This document shows positions 10,020 to 21,027 of a stretch of 64,000 bases of DNA, in pieces. Position numbers and translations under genes: made by a program. Position 1 is the first letter of the stretch. Each line of letters begins with the position of its first letter. The DNA lies in contig CM119271.1 of the NCBI GenBank assembly GCA_051294375.1, positions 15,010,770 to 15,074,769 of the forward strand, written 5' to 3'. The DNA is from Paraspadella gotoi. Lineage: Eukaryota; Animalia; Chaetognatha. Below the pieces are notes generated by a model. The model was given only the letters and a program-made list of their open reading frames with translations, ran no database searches and was not told the DNA's origin.

Positions 10020-12950
10020 ATGTCCGGCGACCAAGGAAGAGGCTCAAATCAAGATAATCTCGATCAAAACGCGGGAGACGCGGCTTCGGATAGTCCTGAT
10101 ATTCTCTATCGACCATTGCGGACTCCTGGCGACCTTTTCGGTCGATATCTGCTTCCTCTCAGACCTCCATTGGCCAACGCGCCTGTCAGACCGCCACTGA
10201 CCAACGCTACTTTCCAAACTCCTCGAGTAAATCCGGTTCCGTTGGGCAATCCATGGTCTAACATCTTTGGCGGAGGATCAGTTAATCCTACTCCCATGGG
10301 TCAAATCTGGGATCAGCCGATCAATAACGCCCCTGTCGTAGGGACCGCGGGTCCAAATGTGGCAGTAAATCCAGCCCAAGGTCAAATAGCCACGCCCCCC
10401 GTGGCCGTCAATCCCGTCGGCCAATACGGGGCCGGAAATGGCGCTCTCCCTATTGTCCGCCCAGTTGCGCATACTTATCCCCGTCTGCCGGTCGCCCGGC
10501 CCGCCTACGTCGCCCGACCCGCTTTTAATCCTCCGGCTGCCCGTCCGGCCTTCCTTCCTGGAATCAAACGTCCTATTTTGCCGAATCCGGCCGCCGGCGC
10601 CGTCGCCCCTCTAACCAACGGTATGGATATCGCCTCCATCCTGAATAGGCTGTTGGACATCTTTCCTGACGCTGACGAGAAGGTTCTGCGCGACCGAATT
10701 TCTCGCCGCCTCGACGCCTATCCTCCAGGAATGACGATAACGTTGAACCCGGAGCAGGTCGTCGACGAAATCGTCGACGACTACATCGAGATGAAGGGCA
10801 AGTGAGTCGTGGGTGGAGATGGCGGTTAGGGGACAATTTATCGAGTCGGAGTCTAATTTTTAAACTATAGACTCATTTTAAATCTCACTGCAAATCGACT
10901 TGGTCTCTCTCATTTCTCCCACACAACGAACATAAAACTCCTGAAAGACGATCAACCGATCAACCGATCAACCAATCAACCGATCAACCTCCAACCCTCA
11001 TTAAAAAAATATTTGAAAAAAAAAACCCCAAACAAATGAAAACTCTTAACTTAAGATATCCCAAGCGTCGAAAACTCGACGGGTCCGCGCCCGGATGTTC
11101 TTCTTGGGTAGTTGGCGACAGCAGCGGTGGCAGTGCAAGTTGCAGCGGCGCTGGAGACGACGCTGGCGCGAGTCGTTTCGACAACGACCCGGACGAACCT
11201 TCCCTCGACCCTTACAGGGGCTTCATTCGCGGCTACGATCGATTTGCCGCTCTCGATGTTCTCGGCCAATTCTTCCTCGGCTTTTATAAGTGAGCAGAGA
11301 CGAGAGAGAGAGAGAGAGAGAGACAGAGACATTGCTATTATCAATTACGAATTATCGAGAAACGAATTTCAACGGATCGCGGTTGACTTCAACTATTCCG
11401 TCGCCACCGTCGTCCTTCTCATCGGCAAAATTCTGGCGGCGGAATATCCCGAGCTCTATCGCGCGATGCTGCGTGGGAATCCTGGACAGAATCACGATCA
11501 CGTCATGCAGGTGAAGCAGAGAAACTCGTGGTTTATTTGAAATCACATGGGGGTCCTTCAATCTCATTTACATATTGGAGCAGTTTAGATTATTTCTCCT
11601 ATTTTTTATATTCGGTTTTCTAATTAGTTTTGGTTTGGGATCGTCTCTCGGGATTTCAGTTCTATTATGGAATTAATTACAGATTGAGAAATCACCTACA
11701 GATGACTTAGTCTTAGTAGCGCTTTCCCTTCGGCAGGCCAAATATCCCCGCGTCCTCATCTACTATAAATTGAGCTCTGGCCAAGTGCCCTCTCGTCGAA
11801 CCTGCGACAGGCCAGGTCACGTGCTCGTCACCTTAAAGGCGAGGAAATTTCGTTGTAGAACTATTATCGGACTTTATTTATATCGCTTGTTTGTTTACAA
11901 TCAATTTAAAATTAAAATCCTCATCCAAGGTGATGCGAGTCTGGCGCCGCTTAAGCTTTCCTCCGGCGCGATTCATAGCCGAAGTCGATGCCATTAAAGA
12001 TTGGCTCACCTGGTTGGACGGCAAGCTCGGTGCGGCGCCCGCTGTCGACGGTTCGGGCGCCGCCACGTCGGCATCGACTTCCGGCCCCACGGGAAGCGAG
12101 GCGAAGAAGGTTGACGGTGTTGACGACGACGACGAAGATGATGATGAGGATTCGAAGGGAAACGCGGAATGTCAGTGTTGCTTCACGGAATTCGGTTTCG
12201 CCAAATTGGTCCAATGTTTCGAGGGTCACCTCTTCTGCAAAGAATGCATGAAGGGATTCGCTCAATCAGCCATCAGCGGCCAGGGCAAGGCCGTCTTGCT
12301 CTGCATGGCTGGCGACTGCGAGGCGGGCTATCCTCGCGCTCAGCTGGAGACCTGTCTGGATGACAAGACCCTGCGGGCGTTGGACGAGAGAGAGCAAGAA
12401 GAGTCGGTGCGTCTGGCTCTGTCCTCTGAGGAAGTCTCTCAGTGTCCGCACTGCACCTTCAAGATCATTCTTCCTCCCGGGGACAAGGTGCTCAAGTGTC
12501 AGAATCCCCAAGTGCGATGAAAGGAGACCTGCATCGTTTGCAAAGAGGATTGGGAAGAGCACTTTGGCATCCCCTGTTCGGAGCTCGAGACCAAGGACGA
12601 GGAGAAGCTAAGAACCAAAGGCGGGAGAGCGCATGACGGCCGCGAGGCTTCGCCTTTGTCACAAATGCAAAGCCCCGTTGGTCAAAGACGGCGGCTGCAA
12701 CAAGATGACATGCCGTTGCGGCGGGAAGATGTGCTACATCTGCCGCGTCCCCATCAGGGACTACAGCCACTTTTGCGATCATCCCCGCGATCCGGGCAAG
12801 AAATGCAAAAAGTGTCATAAGTGCAGTTTGTGGACGGATCCGAAGAAGGACGACGATCGAGCGATCGAGGAGATACGGAAAGATGCGGAGAAGGAGAAGG
12901 AGGAGAAGGGATACGTCAATGACAGGAAGATCGGGCCCAAGCAGAAGTAG
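10020..12950 (+). CDS. RNF216: RNF216/TRIAD3-like RBR E3 ubiquitin ligase (exons 10020-10801, 11056-11289, 11327-11510, 11737-11838, 11930-12950); reading frame disrupted near 12510-12630
   Basis: RING1 (ECQCCF..F..LVQCFEGHLFCKEC), IBR (CPHC..C.NP..KETC..C...W..H.G..C) and RING2 (MTAARLRLCHKC..LVKDGGCNKMTCRCG.KMCYICR....YSHFCDHPRDPG..C..C.KCSLWTDP) are RNF216-like. An in-frame TGA (12518-12520) and a 1-nt shift before 12633 interrupt the ORF. Confidence 0.82.
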
Positions 12951-13418
12951 ACCCAGAAATGGGGGGGGGGAGAACGATAACGGAATCACGTTCGCAGTTT
13001 CGCAAAAAGACTCGAGAGAAGAAATGCTACCCAAGTGACAAAGTATAAACCTACAATAATACTACTTTTGAATATGAAATTCTTTTATATCTTTGTTAAT
13101 CCTACATGACCTGATCCTGATAATTTTTAAGAATAATACTTATTTTGGTTGTAAATTGACATTGGGCTCCGCTTTTTTTTTATACTGCCGTCTTAGTTTA
13201 AAAGTGACTTTTTTTTTTTTAGTTGTAACTTGACAATAACAAAAAACTATTCTAGTCAAAAATAAAAAAAGCAAAAAAACAAAAACAAAATGCGCTGAAA
13301 AAATCAACTTTACCGCGATGACCCCGTAAACGTAAAAAAAGAAAAATAAATTAGTAAAGTGAGTATCGGTTACCATGGCGACGGGTTCGTCGGAGGAGGA
13401 GGCGATGAGTCCTCGGAG

Positions 13419-16400
13419 ATGTTGCTGCATGCGGCGAGGAACAACCACCTCGACGTCGTCAACGATCTTCTCACGGAATCGAGGGCGGGAAGGATTAAGG
13501 TCGACGTCAACTGCAAGGTGTGTCTGGGCGACTTGAAGGCTCCATTCTATGAAATTGCTTCAACCAATATAAAAATTATCCATTCATTTAATAAATGAGC
13601 TATCTTGCCCCTGACTTTTGTAAATTACAATATGAAATCCTTTGAATAGCTAATCGGGCAAATTATTTTCTTATAAATCAAGTTAATAATAATTTAAATT
13701 ACCGCTATGATCGTGGGCAGATCCGTATGTTTGCTCAAACTTGTTTTATATTATTTGTATTGTTTTTTATCCCTTATACATTTATTCATTTAATTTTTTT
13801 AAATTTAATTAAATTCGTTCAATTAAATAATTTCAGTTCATACTTTTAAATTTATATATTCAAAGCAATTTATTTATCTTAATTTTTTCATTTATTTAAA
13901 TTAAATAAATTTAAATTTAATTCATTCATTCATTCAATTCATTTTATTTTATTCATTCATTTCATTTTTTTGGATATATTAAACTAAGTTTCTTATGTAT
14001 AAAACTTAGTCTACCTGTATCAAATTTGATTTTTTGAGTATCAAAGTTATTTATCTTTTTTCTTCTGTTGCCAGGGTCGGAGCAAATGGAACCAGTCGTG
14101 GACGCCGCTGCACCTGGCCTCTTACTTCGGCCACCGCCGCGTTGTGGAGGCGCTCCTCCGCGCCGGCGCCGACCCCAACTCCGTCAACGACGCCGGCGAC
14201 ACTCCTCTCCACCGGGCCGCGTACACTGGTGAGTTATTTTTAGGGAACTTATTTATCTATTTGAAACTTACCCTCTTTTCTCTTTTCCCTCTCTTCCCCA
14301 GGCCGCATGGAGGTCGTCCTCCTCCTCCTCCAACATCACGCCTCCGTTCAGATCTCCAACGGAGAGGGTCAGCTCGCTTCGCAGTTGGCCGTCGAACCCC
14401 AAGTCAAGGTCTCCTTCTTTGTCCAACTCAAGGAGTCGCTGAGTCATTTAGCTCCTCCTCCTCCCCCTCCTCCCCCTCCAGGCGGTCGTCGAAGCCGCGG
14501 AGAAGTCTGAAACGAAACGGACGGAAGAGGAACTCCTCTCCGCCGCCCGCGACGGCCACCTCGACCGCATCCGCGCCCTCTTGGCGCCACAGCCGGGCCA
14601 GCGTCGCCTCCCGCCCTCCGTCAACTGCATCGACATGTTCGGTAACTCCCCGCTCCATTGCGCCGCCTACCGCGGCCAGACTGAGGTCGCGGTGCTGCTG
14701 CTGCAGCACGGCGCCGAGGCGGCTCTTCGCAACTTGCGCGGCCAAACGCCCGTCGACATGGCGCAGGACCGCAAGATCAAACAGCTGCTGGAAATCACGC
14801 CCGGCCGTCGAGAGCTCGTCCGTTCCGTCAAGCGCTGCGAAGGCACTCTTCTCAAGAAGAGCCGCATCTTCGGGTGGAAGCCGGCGTGGATCGTGCTTGA
14901 GAGAGGCGTCATGAGCGTGTTCGCGTCGAGAGCGGACTCTGCCGCCGGGGTGGACCGCAAATCGTTTAAGTACTTGGACGCGGCTAAGGTTAACGAAGGG
15001 GACGGGAGGGGAAAAAATCCTGATTAACTTCTACAAGTAAAAACATTACAAGAATGTAAAAAATTCAACTATTTGACTAAATGTAAATGTAATTATTTGT
15101 TAGTAAATGCGACGATTTTACAACTAAAGGTAGAAGCCTCGGCCCGCGATAAATACTCCTTCTTCGTCGTTTTCAACGATAACACAAGTCACATCTTCTC
15201 GGTTCATCCGCCCAACGATCGAGTCGGGATCGTCATCGACGGCGTCTCCGCAGCCGAGGCCAACAGCGCCGTCGGCGGTCCCAACGCTCCGCCGCCGGAG
15301 GACGCCGAAGTCTCGCGGCAAAAGTGGATGACGGCCATCAAGGTGGGGGGGCGGGTCTTGTCTCTCTTTGTCCAGACTCTATTCAGAACGGATATTTCTC
15401 ACGAGTACTGTGAAAGTATTATTCTTATGGGAGCTTCGAAAAAGCATATATTTAATACGAGCTTCGAGTATTTAATTAAACGATGAAAGCTTCTTTTTCG
15501 TGTCTACGGACAGATAGACCGAACAGTTAGTTATTGAATCTTGACTACTTAAACAAGATCAGTTCATCCAATATGTTGCGCCACTGCGACTTTTTTCTCA
15601 CGTTTATTTCCCTTTGATTACATAATATGACATGACATGACTAAAAAACTTTCTGAGCCCGTGTATTTATGACACGCACTGCATCAAAATTCCGTCTTTT
15701 ATTCCTTATGGTTTTAGGATTTCCTTAAGGCGGTGCTAGCAGTCCTTAAGATTTGAGGCTTTTTCTGTCTTAACAAATAAGTAACCACCTATTGGCAAAT
15801 TATATGCATTTTTAAATTAAGTGAGACAGATCGACGGACGGATACGACAGAAAAGTGACTTAGTTGCTCCGCGAGTACTGGCGGCGCAACTAAAAACTGT
15901 CCATTGTTGCTTTTGTGATCGAAATGGGCGCAATCTAGGAATTAAGTGACATTTAATGACATTAAAATATAGCAATAAGTTTGTTAGACATACATGTATA
16001 TTTTCCCGCCCGTCCCCCCATTCCGCCCCTTCATCGACATCAAGGACCACGTCGAGTTTAGCGACTATTACATCCGGGGTGGCGCCGGCGTGGAGGCGAC
16101 GTCGACGGACGATTCCGAAGACGTCCTCCCGATGGGCAACCTCGCCGAAGCCTTCGCCACTGCTCAGGCGCATCAGAAGTTCCTCGAGGCGAGGATCAAC
16201 GAGTCAAACAAGGCCGTGGAAGATTTGCTGGATCAGGTAATTAGGAGATTTTGAGATGCAATGGGATCGGGTTAATTGAAATGAGATTGGATGGGATGGA
16301 AAGAGATGAGATAAAATTGAATGAGATTATATGGAATCATATGAGATGAGAAAGAATCACATAGGATGAAATAAGATGAGATGTAGCCAGATGAGAACAG

Positions 16401-19400
16401 ATGTCATAAGATGAGATCAGATGTAATTAGATGAGAAGAGAGGGAAGAGGATTTCGTATAACTTTTTCGTTTCGTCTTCCTCACAGAAATTTTGGAAAAC
16501 CTTGACGACATCGACGACGCCTTCCTCGGAGTCCAACGGCGCGACGGTGTCGACTCGGCGAGTCCTCTCTCCTGGCGAATTGTCCAGCGTCTCGGTCGGA
16601 CTCGTCTCCGTCCGGCATCACCTTTCCCAGTTATCCGAGACGGGCCGGACGTCCGCGGCGGCGCTGGCCCGCTGCCTTTCTCTCTTCGAACAGCAGGAGG
16701 AGGCGCGCAAAGTGGAGCTGCGTCAGGCACAGGAGCGAATCCGCATCCTGCAGGACAGCCTCCACATCCTGGCCACGCAGCATCACGAGCTGGAAAAGTC
16801 TCTCGCCGGCGAAGTCGGAGCCGTCGGCGGAGATATCGGCGACGGCGTTGACGGCGGCGTCGGCCCTGAAGCGGCGTCGTCGCGGCGCTCCAGCGTCTGT
16901 TTCTCCGAAAACTCTGAAGAATATTACGACATCGAGGATGACGAAGACGCCATGACGATGGTGTCATATCATTCGATGGACAGCGACGACGACGATGACG
17001 AACAGGGATTCCTCGATCTTGATCTCGATCGAACGCCGATGGACGAATTGGATTTCAACGAGGACGGACCTCTCGTCCGAGGGATGGCGGCCGCGAGCCT
17101 CTTCAACGGCAGCCGCGGGGATGGAGCAGCAGCTGCCGCCGCTGATCCTGCGTCTCATTGCGACGTCTCAGCGTCGACCACGCGTTCTTCCCTCTACCAA
17201 GAAGCGCAAGAGACGCCGGCTTCGCCCCACGGCGACGGAACCGAAGACGGCGCTCCTCCCCGGCGCGCTTCCATCGCCTCTCTGCCCTTCGAGCCTTCCG
17301 CCGAGCAGCGCGCCCTCTATCCCATGTTCGGCCGCGAACAACTCCCGCGGCCCATGGTGCCCCGAGCCAGCTTCAGCGTTTGGAGCATTTTGAAGCAGTG
17401 CATCGGACGGGATTTGTCTCAGATCACGATGCCCGTCGTCTTTAACGAACCTCTCTCGATGCTGCAACGCATCGCGGAGAATATGGAGTATTCCCTGCTG
17501 CTGGATAAGGTTCGTTTTTTTGAAGCTTGCGTTTTGGAAATGTAAATATCGACATAGAAATTTTTCTTATATAAAATTAAATTTGTCGGAGACAAATTCG
17601 TGCGGACATCGAGGGACTCGAGATGAAGAACAATTTGCTACGAACATGGAAAAAGAATTAAGAATAATTTCCTAATTGAATATAGCCTAAAAGAAAAGAA
17701 AATTGCATAGATAATAGATTTAAATCAAATTTAAATTATGCAATTATGTTTAGATCCACTTTTCGCTCTCTTCATTCTAGTATCTTATTTCCTCACTCAC
17801 GACTAGGCGGCGGCCTCGAAAACGCCCCTCGCCCGCCTCCAGTTCGTGGCGGCTTTCGCCGTCTCCGCCGCGGCCTCCAACGCTGACCGACTCGGGAAGC
17901 CGTTCAATCCTCTCTTGGGCGAGACATATGAGTTGAGAAGGGACGCTTACTGTTTCGTCGCTGAGCAGGTGAGGTGAGGGGAATGTTAATATCACTAACG
18001 GGGAAAGGGAATTACGGTTTGTTTTTGGTGGCCGTTGTTTGTGTTCATTTTCCCCCTCCTTCTCCCTCCCTCCATCCCTTTTATCCCCTACCCCCCTCTC
18101 TCTTCCAACCCTCCAGGTCTCCCACCACCCTCCCGTCTCCGCCTTCCACGCAGAATCCCCCACCTGGAAATTCCGCGGCAGCGTCTCGCCCAAGATCCGC
18201 TTCTGGGGTAAGTCTCTCGAGGTCCAACCCAAAGGGGCCTTCACCGTGGAGCTCCTCCAGCACAGCGAGGCCTACACTTGGACGAACGTCAACTGCTGCG
18301 TTCACAACATCATCGTGGGCAAACTCTGGATCGAACACTACGGCTGCCTGGAAGTGCAGTCCCACCGCGGCGCCGACCGAGGCGGCGAGGGCTTCCGCGC
18401 CGTAGTCAACTTCAAGCCGGTTGGATGGATGAGCGGCGATCTTCATAAGGTCGAAGGCTTCGTGACGGATCGACACAAGCGCAAGGTGTGAAAGACGGCT
18501 TCTTTATTTATTACTTCTTTAAGGTGTGAAAGACGGCTTCTTTATTATAAGGTGTGAAAGACGGCTTCTTTATTATAGTAACTTTTATTTCAGTCGCGGG
18601 CGAGGCTCGACTCAATGAGACTCTTTTCAATCTGTCTGTTAACTTTAGTCCATACAAAACTACGATTTCTAGTACATTAAAAAGCTGTTTGTTTCAGAGT
18701 CATGATTTTGGCGGGATATTTAATAGTTGATAAATGATTGATTTGGCCTTTACATGCCAATAGAATAAAAAGAGATGACATTATTTTTATTTTTAAATAA
18801 GCATGTACATCTGTATATCTTCAGAGACTGTCTCCCTCAAAGGATTTGTGATTAATCAAATCTTTGATGCCAAAACTATCAAATTAAGTATTTATAATAA
18901 AATTTAATACCAAACCCGAACCCCCACCTCGCCCCTGATTCCTCCCCAAGGTGCGCGCCCTCCACGGCAAGTGGACGGACTCGCTGTGGACGATGGACCT
19001 TCGCGACTCGCAACAGTTCGTCGACAACGAGTCTCTCTTCAACGGCGTCATGTCGCGCTCCGAGTCCGCCATCGCGTTTAACGCCCAGCGGAGTTTCGAG
19101 GACGGCGCCGTCGAAGGCGACGTCGAGATCCTGCGCATCTCCACCTCGTCCGGAGGCAGCGGCGGCAGTGCCGCCAGCAGCGCCGGCGCCGAGACTGGCG
19201 ACGCCGCTCCAATCCCTCGCGACGCTTCCGCAGACTCCCGCGTCGAGTTTGGCGCCTCCTTATCCCCTTTGCCCGACACTCTCCCTCTGCCCGACGGTCA
19301 CGCCGTGCCCGACATTCACCACCTCCCGTCGGCCTTTTGCCTCTGGAAGGCGGACCCTCGGCCCGACGATTCGGAGACCTACTACAACTTCACTCGGTTC

Positions 19401-20059
19401 GCCATGATGCTCAACGAGCCCGACCCGGATCAGACCGCGCGACTTCCGCCCACCGACTCGCGTCTCAGGCCGGACATTCGACTCTTGGAGAACGGAGATC
19501 TCGAAGGTTGGTTGGAAGATTGATTAATTAATTCGTTTGTTTAATGTTTATCGATTTATTTATTTAATATTGTTGTGGTTGGGATTCATTAGTCATCTGA
19601 TTAATTCGTCATCCGGTTCATTTGTCCTCGGTTTTTTTCGTTTGACATTTATTCATTTGAATATTGATTCTTTAATAAATAAAACTTTTTATTCAGTGAT
19701 TGATTATACATTGATTAGGCATTGATTATTCGTTTATTTGTCACTGGAAGCTAACAAGACTTTGTTTTTCTGTCTTTTCTCTTTAATTTTGAGTCCGTCC
19801 GTCTGCCTGGCCGTCAATCCTTTCGTTCCTCCGTTTTATTCATCCGTCTGTCCGTCTTCCTTTGGCAGGCGCGGCGGCGGAGAAGCATCGCCTGGAGGAG
19901 AAGCAGCGGGCGACGCGTCGCCTGATGAAGAAGACGGACTCGAGCTGGAAATGCCTCTGGTTTTACGAGGGACTCAATCCGCACACTGGAACCCAGGATT
20001 GGCTCTTCAACACCGACTATTGGAAACGTGACTGGACCTGCGTAGCTAATATATTTTAA
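13419..20059 (+). CDS. OSBPL1A: Oxysterol-binding protein-related protein 1 long form (ankyrin, PH, FFAT-like, ORD), multi-exon
   Basis: [10 protein letters not shown]|[20 protein letters not shown] ankyrin start, PH domain, FFAT-like [12 protein letters not shown] motifs [66 protein letters not shown] and [10 protein letters not shown]. The start codon is uncertain (see findings). Confidence 0.92.
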
Positions 20060-21027
20060 AACGGTTTCATTAAACAGTAGATGGCGTCACTCATTTTTTT
20101 GAGAGTTAACGCGCATTTTGCGTGCGATTAGCGCGCATTTTGCATGCGCAGTCCTCGCTATATTTTTTAGCGATTTCCTCTTTGATACTCTTTTTCTTTG
20201 AAAATTAATTCTCGATGTCGCTTAAAATCTCTTACCCCTGGCCTAATCTTGTCGAAGAAAAAAACGCCGATAGTGATATAGACAAATAGTTGTCAAATTT
20301 AATTATTTGCGAATGGCAAATAAATTTGTTGTTGGCTCAGAAATTACGGCCGTAGGAACGAATTTTAATAATTTACTACGTAATCCTCTATTTAAAAAGT
20401 GTTAATTGTGCTCGGTAAGCTTTTTTGTTTTGTTTTTTTATCCTTGTGGTGTTTTTCTCGTTGGTTCGTCTATAAATTATTCTCTTGCCATTTGAGTTGG
20501 TCTTATTTTTTTTTTTTTTTTGTCCTGATCTCAATTTTATTAAATTGGTTTTGCTTTGCCACAATAAATTTTGCGAAAAAGCTTCATGAGCCCATTTTCT
20601 TTTGGCACGACGTGACAAGTACCATCTCGTTCCGATCAATCAATAATCCGTATTCTGTAGAATGATTCGGTTGAATTACATTATTGTGAAATTATACAAA
20701 TTAACCAATTGAACTAAATATACCTCTTAATTTTGATTCCGCTACTCACTTAGTCATTTACTTCTACATTCGGTTTTTAATTCCCGCAATCTTTCTAATC
20801 TTTTTTATTTGTTATATACTCATTTTACGTAATACAAAAATTTTGTGAACGGTTCATTTGCAACGTTTTAATTCTTTAGATTTTTACGTGACGTCTTTGA
20901 GGATCCGAGTCTAGGAAAAAGGCACCGATGCCATTTTAAACTCGAAATGCGTCATAGAGATCGAGATTAAGACAATAATTTTTAATTTAAACTTAAACGA
21001 GATTAAATTAAAAAGGAAAAAAAAAAG

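Noticed and set aside
12518-12520. In-frame TGA in RNF216 as selenocysteine or readthrough
   Set aside because: It does not fall at the conserved Cys position, it is surrounded by apparent single-base insertions, and a further frameshift follows. No SECIS-like element was seen.
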